DNA of 24,435 nt. Origin: Candidatus Hermodarchaeota archaeon (GTDB taxonomy: Archaea; Asgardarchaeota; Hermodarchaeia; Hermodarchaeales; Hermodarchaeaceae). Each line of letters begins with the position of its first letter. The first letter of the stretch is position 1. Shown piece by piece: positions 1 to 6,888 of this stretch. The stretch spans positions 1 through 24,435 of the forward strand of contig JAEOTB010000097.1 in assembly GCA_016840065.1 (NCBI GenBank), written 5' to 3'. The notes beneath the pieces were generated by a model. That model saw nothing but the letters and a program-made list of their open reading frames with translations, was not told where the DNA came from and ran no database searches. Made by a program: the position numbers and the translations under genes.

Positions 1-39
1 GACAGGCAAAATGGTAAGTCCTCCAACACATGTGTCATT

Positions 40-153
40 TCAATTCCGTGCTCTGAGGATCTCAAAGCAGTCCTTCCAGGGGAATTCTCCGTTGATGGCA
101 GCTTCCAGGAAGCGGTCATTCATGTCCCTGCCTTCGGGCTTATCGTCGGTCAC
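40..153 (-). CDS. Possible 37-aa small ORF (MTDDKPEGRDMNDRFLEAAINGEFPWKDCFEILRARN), followed by a second ORF that runs off the left edge
   Basis: Translated by hand: GTG at 153, TGA at 42-40, next ATG at 38 (MTHVLEDLPFCL...). A TTTATA box lies on the minus strand at ~177-182. No recognisable homology. Confidence 0.3.
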   Translation of the reverse strand: MTDDKPEGRDMNDRFLEAAINGEFPWKDCFEILRARN

Positions 154-239
154 ACTCCTACCTTCGCCCCCCGCCCTATAAACCTCCTGACTCCTCGCCT
201 TGTCCAACCCCAGCGCCTTTAGGATAAGCTATGTCCTCG

Positions 240-292
240 TTCTAAGGACTGCTCTATCCCGCTTTAAGTGCGCTGGTGTTGGGGTGGCCACT
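240..292 (+). repeat. Bipartite cassette-boundary repeat, copy 1
   Basis: Core TTCTAAGGACTGCTCTATCCCG at 240-261, 13-nt linker, GGTGTTGGGGTGGCCACT at 275-292. Confidence 0.95.
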
Positions 293-365
293 TTTCCATA
301 ATCTTCTGTTGATTCAGAAGGATTCTTTAGTATCGGAGGGTTTGTAGCAATTTAGAGGTTATCTA

Positions 366-1244
366 GTGTTTTGGTGGCGACGGAAAAGTAAAGGGCAAAG
401 GGGTCAGAGCAGAATAGAAGAATTGGAGAGGGATATAGCTGCAATTAATGAACTCCTAAAACGATTGAAACAAAGGAGAAAGGATGGCGACATTTCTGAA
501 TCAACCTACCAGAGGTTATACGAACGGTATTCAAAGAGAAAAGCAGAAACTGAAACCCAGTTCGACGAAAGGCGTATCGTCACGAATGAGGTGCCTACTA
601 TAAGCCAGCCATGTTCCGTCTGTGGAATAGTAATACAGGAAGGGCAGGAAATGGTCTTTTGCCCAAAATGTGGCAAGCCCGCCCATTACGCTCATTTAAG
701 AGAATGGGTAACAGTCAAGGGTGTCTGTCCGGGTTGTAGATCACGTATACCACTAAAAAAGCTTCGACCTATACTGGCACCAAAACCAGCAGAGATAACA
801 TCTAGGCGAGAACCGCGTGTACCGCAGTATAGTGCTGAGGAGAGGGAGGAACTCCTCAAATTAGGAAAAATGAAAGAATCCCCTCACTCTGATGAGAAGG
901 ATTATTCTAGGTCACCTAAAGCGGATATGGTACTGGAAAAGCCGCAGCAGAGTCAAAAGGAGGTAAAGGCGTTTCGGAGGCGACGGCTTCAGCAGGTGCT
1001 GGAGCGGTATGGGCGACTCACCCTTACACGGATGTGTAAGTTGCTCCAGTTTCAGGATGTGGATCAATTAGAGGAATGGCTTCTCTCATTACCAAAAGGT
1101 ACTCCGCTCCGAATAGAGGGGGACGAAGTAGTGATTCGTAGTAGTACTACACCGGAAGAGCTTGACCAGCTAGTGGCAGAACTCACACGGTTAGAGGATA
1201 AACCTAAAACTCGTCGGACCCACAAAGTCGAAGACTCGTCATGA
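366..1244 (+). CDS. RING-finger-like zinc-binding protein with N-terminal coiled coil and C-terminal winged-helix-like domain
   Basis: CSVC-x11-CPKC-x4-HxxH-x3-W-x6-CPGC RING-like spacing. Heptad-rich N-terminus with DGDISESTYQRL. C-terminal segment LERYGRLTLTRMCKLLQF...LRIEGDEVVI. GAGGT SD before the GTG. Confidence 0.75.
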   Translation: MFWWRRKSKGQRGQSRIEELERDIAAINELLKRLKQRRKDGDISESTYQRLYERYSKRKAETETQFDERRIVTNEVPTISQPCSVCGIVIQEGQEMVFCPKCGKPAHYAHLREWVTVKGVCPGCRSRIPLKKLRPILAPKPAEITSRREPRVPQYSAEEREELLKLGKMKESPHSDEKDYSRSPKADMVLEKPQQSQKEVKAFRRRRLQQVLERYGRLTLTRMCKLLQFQDVDQLEEWLLSLPKGTPLRIEGDEVVIRSSTTPEELDQLVAELTRLEDKPKTRRTHKVEDSS

Positions 1245-1272
1245 ACTTCCACACTCCTCCTTTTTGTCCTCG

Positions 1273-1322
1273 TTCTAAGGACTGCTCTATCCCGCTTTCA
1301 GTGTGGTGTTGGGGTGACCACT
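1273..1322 (+). repeat. Bipartite cassette-boundary repeat, copy 2
   Basis: Core at 1273-1294, 10-nt linker, GGTGTTGGGGTGACCACT at 1305-1322. Confidence 0.95.
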
Positions 1323-1458
1323 CTTTTCTTCTCAAGTGGATGGTGCATTGAAGAACAAGAGAGATTCATCCGTACTCCCCATCCGCTGCGGTGGTTCCGC
1401 CACCACTTATTTAGGGAAGGTGAGATTATTTAGTGTACCTAATTTTAGGTGGGTAATT

Positions 1459-1914
1459 ATGGGAGTAGCAACAAAAGATACGGATTCAATTTTGAAGAAG
1501 TTAGTGAAGCGAATTCCAACGCTTATTGTGTCGTTTTACACAGGTATTCAAGTTTACTTGACACTAGGAGCCTTCCCAATTCCTATTCATTTGACCTATG
1601 CAAAGTGGGTGGTGTTCTATATAGCGTTGGTGGCGTCTCCTCTGGTAGTCTGGAAAATGAGGCACACTGAAGTACAGATTCATGAAAAGCAACGCACAAC
1701 CCTCACCGCTAAGGCGGCGATAAAAAGACTTGATAGTGACTTCAAAGAGAGGTACCCAGATGTCGGGATAAGGCAGTACATCCTTGTGATGGCGTCCTTT
1801 GTGATATGGGCTTTTGCTCTGGGAGGACCATTCTATGACATGTTTCCATTCCTTTACCCAGGATGGGCAGCGATAGCGGTGTACACCTGGACCCTTGTTA
1901 CGGCATTAATATAA
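1459..1914 (+). CDS. Hypothetical 4-TM membrane protein
   Basis: ORF track gives 1336..1914. The in-frame ATG at 1459 has an AGGTGG SD-like motif and is preferred. Four hydrophobic segments. The motifs KLVKRIPT..V..Y and Q...ASFVIWAFALGGPF recall a widespread uncharacterised bacterial membrane family. Confidence 0.7.
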   Translation: MGVATKDTDSILKKLVKRIPTLIVSFYTGIQVYLTLGAFPIPIHLTYAKWVVFYIALVASPLVVWKMRHTEVQIHEKQRTTLTAKAAIKRLDSDFKERYPDVGIRQYILVMASFVIWAFALGGPFYDMFPFLYPGWAAIAVYTWTLVTALI

Positions 1915-2017
1915 ATTGAAGCTGAAGAGACTGGTGCTAGGTTATCCAGAAGGATCATCAGTTAGACTAGTCCATTTTCGACGATTATCAAGTTGAACTC
2001 GAGATTCATCCACCTCG

Positions 2018-2071
2018 TTCTAAGGACTGCTCTATCCCGCTTTTGGTGGCGTAGGTGTTGGGGTGGCCACT
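2018..2071 (+). repeat. Bipartite cassette-boundary repeat, copy 3
   Basis: Core at 2018-2039, 14-nt linker, GGTGTTGGGGTGGCCACT at 2054-2071. Confidence 0.95.
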
Positions 2072-2137
2072 TCTTTTCTTGTTGTGTGGGTTCCTTTGTT
2101 TTTCCGTGGCTAGGGGATGGGGGTCAGACTGGGTTTT

Positions 2138-2659
2138 TTAGTATCTATATTTTGTTTTGAGATATTGATATAGTCCTAGGGAGATGAGGATGGCACCGAA
2201 ACCCATGACTATTACGCTGGGAAGTATTATGACTTTTCTGATGGTTTCGAACACGTCTCCAATGCCCCCTCCTTCGAGTAAGAGTGGGATGTTGAGGAGA
2301 TTCATTTGGATTCCCCACCAGAGATAGGGTATTATGCTAGCGGTTACGATGTAGGCGCCGGTGATTGCGATGATAAGCCAGACCCTATTGTATTGACTTG
2401 TTTTGGCTGAACTGGGTAGTAGTCCTGCTGTCAGAATCAGTGCTCCTATGAGCACAATCCCGGCTAGGAATTGGATAGAGGTTATTTTCGTCCAAATGAT
2501 CATTAATTGCCAGGTGCCGGTTACATCTATTAGGATCCAGGCGGTGAATACTACGCATCCAAGGAGTAGGAGAATGCCCCCGAGTGTAGTCATTCCGTAG
2601 TTGATTCGTAATTCTCCATCGCTCTTTGAAACCAGGATTTTCCTTGTTTGTTGAGTCAA
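2138..2659 (-). CDS. Hypothetical 4-TM membrane protein (paralog of 3190..4179 and 4459..4722)
   Basis: Four hydrophobic helices. Shared motifs D.TG.W..W.K..Q.L.G and YLWWGI...IPLL.E...ET. AGGAGGG SD before the TTG. Confidence 0.8.
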   Translation of the reverse strand: MTQQTRKILVSKSDGELRINYGMTTLGGILLLLGCVVFTAWILIDVTGTWQLMIIWTKITSIQFLAGIVLIGALILTAGLLPSSAKTSQYNRVWLIIAITGAYIVTASIIPYLWWGIQMNLLNIPLLLEGGGIGDVFETIRKVIILPSVIVMGFGAILISLGLYQYLKTKYRY

Positions 2660-2740
2660 TGTACACCCTCCTTCTGGAACTCAGTTTAGGTGTTGATTGA
2701 TTCGTGAGGATTGAGGTTGCTTAGAATATGGTTGCGCCCC

Positions 2741-2775
2741 TAAATAAAAGTTACTCTTTTTGACTCAAAAAGAGT
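2741..2775 (-). promoter_or_regulatory. TATA box plus palindromic operator candidate upstream of 2138..2659
   Basis: Minus-strand TTTTATTTA (2741-2749), preceded by the perfect inverted repeat ACTCTTTTTGA-C-TCAAAAAGAGT (2753-2775). Confidence 0.65.
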
Positions 2776-2787
2776 TAAATTGGTTTA

Positions 2788-2840
2788 TTCTAAGGACTGC
2801 TCTATCCCGCTTTGAGTCGCGTGGTACTGGGGTGTCCACT
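2788..2840 (+). repeat. Bipartite cassette-boundary repeat, copy 4
   Basis: Core at 2788-2809, 13-nt linker, GGTACTGGGGTGTCCACT at 2823-2840. Confidence 0.95.
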
Positions 2841-2872
2841 TTTCTTTGTTACCTAGAAATAGCTAATCGATG

Positions 2873-3088
2873 CTAGTCGTCTCGCTGGAGAATAGTTCGG
2901 TAACCACCTGTGAATCCATCAACATGGGCGAACCCCTGTATTTGGTAGCCGTGTTCGACTGCGATGTTGAGTGCCTCTGCTAGTTCTTGGTTAGTTCCTC
3001 CTTTGAGGATGATGATTCTGGGTGTGTGTTTCAGTGACACCTTGTCTTTGATGATGTCCCTTGGTATGTAGACTACTTCGGTTTCCAT
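2873..3088 (-). CDS. Small hypothetical alpha/beta protein (DUF1737/DUF4177-like pattern)
   Basis: Pattern II.L.....L.EALN.....GY.I.G.....Y..ILQR. GGAG SD upstream. Ends 32 bp from repeat copy 4. Confidence 0.55.
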   Translation of the reverse strand: METEVVYIPRDIIKDKVSLKHTPRIIILKGGTNQELAEALNIAVEHGYQIQGFAHVDGFTGGYRTILQRDD

Positions 3089-3189
3089 TCAAGACAGCTC
3101 CATCTTGTGTAGGGGACTACCGTATGAACCTTGGCTAATAGTGTTTTGTCCGGGTTCGCTATCTAGAAAGGAGGTTGGGGTTCTGGTGT

Positions 3190-4179
3190 TCAGACATCGT
3201 TTTGGAAATACCAGGAGGCTCCAAGGATGAGGAGGGCGAGACCAATGGTGAAGGTGAAGCCGTGAATGGTTATGAGGTCTCGGACGGTTTCCAATTCGTC
3301 GCTGTAGACGGGGAATTCTGCAAGGAGAGGGACTCTAGTGAGGTGAAAGTCGATGCCCCACCACAGGTAGTAACTACTCAGCGCGATTAAACAGATGCCT
3401 AAAATTGCGGCGGTGAGCCCATGCACCTTGCGGATGTTTGCGATATCTTTCGCTTCTAATTTGTAGAATGCAGGGATGAGAAGAATCGTCCCACCGAGGA
3501 TGACCGCTGACCAGAGAAATTCAACGAGTTTGTCAAATGGCGTGAACAACCAGAGGGCTGATGCATAGGAGTGCGTGGGATAGACCCAAGGGGTAAAGAA
3601 GAGGAAAATGGCGGCAAGGATGTGTAGGGCTCCCACAGCCAGCCATCCAGCTAGATGAATTCGATGAGGGCTAATCCATGTGAGGAGGGCGAGGATGATG
3701 GTGGGGATTTCGATGAGGATTGAGAGAAACAGATACTCTAGGGGGACGTGATGGCTGTATCCTGATGGTCCGCCGAGGATGTTGATGCTGTACCAGGTTA
3801 TGAAGTTCATCCCGAGGAGAACGGCAGCCGCGACACCTTGGATGAGGGCCCAGGCACGTAGGCTACTCGGTGGGTAATCGTATGGTTCTGAATCGACGGG
3901 TTTTGCTGGAGCGGTTCGTGCTGCGAGGTACAGGAGACTGGGACCTACCACGAGGAATATGGTGCCCGCTATTATGCTGCCTATAAGGATTTGGAGAACG
4001 AGCATTTTTATCCAGCCATCGGCGGATACCCACATGCCGGTAGTGTCGGTGGGGATCATGATAAAGAGGACGAATCCTGCTAGGAGTATGAAGAGGACGC
4101 CGAGGGGGATGAGGCTGATGGCTAAGCCTTTCTCAAACCTTCTTTCCAGTAGATGGGTTTGGCTTATTTGATACGCCAA
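3190..4179 (-). CDS. Hypothetical multi-pass (~8 TM) membrane protein of the local paralog family
   Basis: 329 aa and highly hydrophobic. N- and C-terminal modules align by eye with 2138..2659. AGGAGGG SD. Confidence 0.8.
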   Translation of the reverse strand: MAYQISQTHLLERRFEKGLAISLIPLGVLFILLAGFVLFIMIPTDTTGMWVSADGWIKMLVLQILIGSIIAGTIFLVVGPSLLYLAARTAPAKPVDSEPYDYPPSSLRAWALIQGVAAAVLLGMNFITWYSINILGGPSGYSHHVPLEYLFLSILIEIPTIILALLTWISPHRIHLAGWLAVGALHILAAIFLFFTPWVYPTHSYASALWLFTPFDKLVEFLWSAVILGGTILLIPAFYKLEAKDIANIRKVHGLTAAILGICLIALSSYYLWWGIDFHLTRVPLLAEFPVYSDELETVRDLITIHGFTFTIGLALLILGASWYFQNDV

Positions 4180-4253
4180 TGAAAACCCTCCTTGTTGATA
4201 CTCAATCGGTTGGTGTTATGAGGGGATTGGGTGTTTAATGTGGGAAGTGACGC

Positions 4254-4288
4254 TTAATAAAAGTTACTCTTTTTGAGTTAAAAAGGGT
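4254..4288 (-). promoter_or_regulatory. TATA box plus palindromic operator candidate upstream of 3190..4179
   Basis: Second copy of the 2741-2775 element: ACTCTTTTTGA-G-TTAAAAAGGGT (4266-4288) next to minus-strand TTTTATTAA. Confidence 0.6.
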
Positions 4289-4300
4289 TAAATTGGTTTG

Positions 4301-4351
4301 TTCTAAGGACTGCTCTATCCCGGTTCTAGTGGCTGGTGCTGGGGTGACACT
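4301..4351 (+). repeat. Bipartite cassette-boundary repeat, copy 5 (most diverged, rightmost)
   Basis: Core intact at 4301-4322, 12-nt linker, GGTGCTGGGGTGACACT at 4335-4351. No following T tract. Confidence 0.93.
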
Positions 4352-4458
4352 GATGCGATACGTACCGCTATCCCTCGGGTGGAACAGGGATAATCTATGA
4401 ACGAGGCTAAGATATTGTACTCCTCTACGCCTTTGTAAGCCAAGCATGTTTATGACGT

Positions 4459-4722
4459 TTAGGTTTTGTACCGAAGATACTGGAGTAGTCCAAGCGCGAG
4501 GAGGCTTGCGCCAATTAGTAGGACCAGACTTGATATTGACATGATGTCTGCGACGGTTTCTAGATTGTCTCCGTAAACGGGGAATTCTTCTAGGAGTGGG
4601 ATGTAGTGGAAGCGCATTTGGACTCCCCAACAGATGTAGGGAACACTAGCCATAATTAGGAAAGTGCCTGTGATTGCTAGGATAAGCCACCTAGTCGTGT
4701 TTTGATGTGATTCATCTTTCAT
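4459..4722 (-). CDS. Small 2-TM membrane protein, stand-alone C-terminal module of the local paralog family
   Basis: RWLILAITG...PYICWGVQM...IPLLEEFPVYGDNLETVADI matches the C-termini of 2138..2659 and 3190..4179. AGGAGGGG SD. Confidence 0.75.
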   Translation of the reverse strand: MKDESHQNTTRWLILAITGTFLIMASVPYICWGVQMRFHYIPLLEEFPVYGDNLETVADIMSISSLVLLIGASLLALGLLQYLRYKT

Positions 4723-4750
4723 TTACTGTACCCCTCCTGATTGATACCAT

Positions 4751-5392
4751 CTATGTTCTTAGTGTGAGCTGAAGTTCTAGCCTTGTTGCTCTCTTTTGGG
4801 CTTCAATCCGGATTTTCTGAAATGTGATCTGTTTTCCCTTCTGGCGAATGGTTCCTAGCAGTGTACCTAGGAGTGTGATCCGTTCAATTGCAATGGTTGA
4901 TATGAAGGCTATTCCACCCACACCGAAGGCTTGGAACAGGGTTAGTGATATGTTGTGAGCAAGCCAAGTTCCGACATAAGTAATAACGAGGAGGTATGTG
5001 ATTAACTCGGTGAAGGAGAAGAGGGTTGCCCAGCTTGTTTGGAGCTGGACCTTGTCCTTTTTGATGAGTTGGTTCGCCCAGCCGAGGAAAGCTAGGCTGT
5101 TTGGTGTGACGAGTGCTAGGAGGGTTCCTGCCAGGGCGCTGAGGAGCCCCAGTTGTATGTGAGCGGGTAGTGCCTGAGGATTGAGCTGAGCGAGTAGGAA
5201 ACCTTGACCTAGGAAGGGGAGAAAGGGGAGTATCGGGCTTGTGAGGAAATAGCAGATGATGGGGAAGAAATAGTCAATCATGAGCTCTGGCGGAAGAAAC
5301 ATGTGAGTTCTTGGAGTACTGGAGACTTCTGCGTCAATGCTGGGTTTTACTGGTGGTTCTCTTATTGTATCTGTTCCAGAGCTTTTCATCAT
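4751..5392 (-). CDS. Hypothetical membrane protein
   Basis: 213 aa, about 4 hydrophobic segments, co-oriented with its neighbours. Confidence 0.65.
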   Translation of the reverse strand: MMKSSGTDTIREPPVKPSIDAEVSSTPRTHMFLPPELMIDYFFPIICYFLTSPILPFLPFLGQGFLLAQLNPQALPAHIQLGLLSALAGTLLALVTPNSLAFLGWANQLIKKDKVQLQTSWATLFSFTELITYLLVITYVGTWLAHNISLTLFQAFGVGGIAFISTIAIERITLLGTLLGTIRQKGKQITFQKIRIEAQKRATRLELQLTLRT

Positions 5393-5449
5393 ACAGGATT
5401 TTCTGTTGGGTCTGATATAGTTTACTTTGACACTGGTTTTGAGCGGTTG

Positions 5450-6286
5450 TTATGCATTTTCCTTGATGCTAGCTGGTGACACTTCATAGAAAATCATAGC
5501 GCTGGGAATCGCGGCAAACCATAGAATGAACACTAGAACCCAGTAGATCATCCATAGACTTGTACCGGATGCAATCCATGGGTATTGACCCATTATCAGA
5601 AGGCCGAAGAGGGTATAGTATACAGGTAGATCACCGGGGAAAATGAGCCAGAGAATAAGTGTGGGTATGGGGAGCATAAGGTTGATGACAGCCCAGAGGC
5701 AAAATATACTGATTGCGATTGGAGTAAAACGGTGTTTAGGCTCTCTCGGTAGACTGAATGTGCCGATGGCCCAAAAGGTGATTGTGATGATAAGAGAAAC
5801 ATGGCACACAAGGGTAATGAGATTATTGAGGATATAGGGAGGCTGAACCAAGATGTCTATGACTAGTTCGATGGATTGTAGCAGCATGCCAATTACTGCG
5901 AACACGGAGATGAAGAAGGAAATGCTCACCACTAGTGCTAGCCTAGCACCTGTCTGGCGCCAGTAGCCATAGAAGGTTAATCCACTTAGGATGAACCCTA
6001 TTCCCATAAGCAACAAAGGAAGAACCATCATTATGAAATCGTATAGAAAGGCTGGAAGCCTTTGTAGTGCGTAAGCAAATGGAAGAGCCGTTGCTAGCGA
6101 GAAGCTCACCACTAATAGAATCATTCCCCAGAATCCTAACTTGAAAAAGGAACTTGGGGGCAGTGGGTCAAACCCTCGCGGAACTTGTGTGATATCTACT
6201 GGAGTGTCTAGCAGTTTTGGTGGGAAGGGGCAAGCCGTGGGCTCAACTCCAGCAGGTGATTTTGGTGCGCGTTTTCGTTTACTCAT
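5450..6286 (-). CDS. Hypothetical multi-pass (~6 TM) membrane protein
   Basis: 278 aa, Pro-rich N-terminal tail then alternating hydrophobic helices. GAGGG SD. Confidence 0.75.
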   Translation of the reverse strand: MSKRKRAPKSPAGVEPTACPFPPKLLDTPVDITQVPRGFDPLPPSSFFKLGFWGMILLVVSFSLATALPFAYALQRLPAFLYDFIMMVLPLLLMGIGFILSGLTFYGYWRQTGARLALVVSISFFISVFAVIGMLLQSIELVIDILVQPPYILNNLITLVCHVSLIITITFWAIGTFSLPREPKHRFTPIAISIFCLWAVINLMLPIPTLILWLIFPGDLPVYYTLFGLLIMGQYPWIASGTSLWMIYWVLVFILWFAAIPSAMIFYEVSPASIKENA

Positions 6287-6380
6287 GTTAATTCCCTCAA
6301 GAGGGAGGTGGTCCCCCCTCCAATTGAGTTGATAATTGTGAATTCGAAGGGTCTGGTGCCGCGCACGATTGATGGTATCG

Positions 6381-6875
6381 TTACTGGTCCTTTTGTGTAT
6401 TCCATTTTAGTCGCCTCTTAATGGTGGTGAACAGCTGTAGTGCTATATCGGTTGGGGGGCTGTCCTTGAGTACTTGGATCTCCCATTCCGTGGCGAGTTG
6501 GTGGAGGGTCTTTGTGCATTCGGAAAGTTGGGTGCAGCTGCCGCATTCGCCTTTGTGTACGAACCAGGTTTGCACGCCTAGTTTTGGTGAGTAGACGAGG
6601 TAGACTTCTGATTGGTGGGCGGGGCTGTAGCCTTCAGCTATCCCGTAGTAGGCGCTGAGGTGTCGTAGCTGGATGCGAGTGGTTACTGCTGCGTGTTGGA
6701 GAAGTTTCTTGATGCGTGCTTCGGCTATGCGCTGGGCTTTGCTAACGAAGGGTCTCGAAACCTTCAGTTCTTCTGCGATTTGGGCTGGACGAATTTTTTG
6801 GCGGCGTTTGAGCCAGATGATTCCCTGTTGTTTTGTTGGATAGCGGAAATGGGGGAACGTGATGGAACCCTCCAA
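6381..6875 (-). CDS. HTH DNA-binding protein with C-terminal H-x3-CxxC-x5-C putative metal-binding motif
   Basis: PAQIAEELKVSRPFVSKA helix-turn-helix; WFVHKGECGSCTQLSEC. Confidence 0.75.
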   Translation of the reverse strand: MEGSITFPHFRYPTKQQGIIWLKRRQKIRPAQIAEELKVSRPFVSKAQRIAEARIKKLLQHAAVTTRIQLRHLSAYYGIAEGYSPAHQSEVYLVYSPKLGVQTWFVHKGECGSCTQLSECTKTLHQLATEWEIQVLKDSPPTDIALQLFTTIKRRLKWNTQKDQ

Positions 6876-6888
6876 GCCATGGTGGGTT

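Noticed and set aside
1-153. Selenocysteine readthrough of the TGA at 42-40 (frame stays open to the window edge)
   Set aside because: No recognisable selenoprotein motif, and a SECIS element cannot be assessed in this window. An ATG 1 nt downstream is a simpler explanation.
3140-3189. Possible degenerate sixth repeat copy between the two genes of cassette 4 (CTATC...GTTGGGGT)
   Set aside because: The invariant core is absent. The similarity is short and also resembles the 3' flank of the paralogous gene at ~2110-2137.
240-4351. CRISPR array or canonical integron attC array
   Set aside because: The spacers are 0.7-1.5 kb and contain whole genes, and no cas genes are present. The ends (GTTCTAAG / GTTGGGGT) only loosely echo RYYYAAC/GTTRRRY, the GTT is lost in copies 4 and 5, the site is shorter than typical attC, and no intI is visible.
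240-4351. Repeat as a MITE/IS end or a simple promoter/terminator
   Set aside because: No terminal inverted repeats or target-site duplications were seen. Orientation is constant regardless of flanking gene direction, which argues against a plain promoter or terminator, although a terminator side-role is not excluded.
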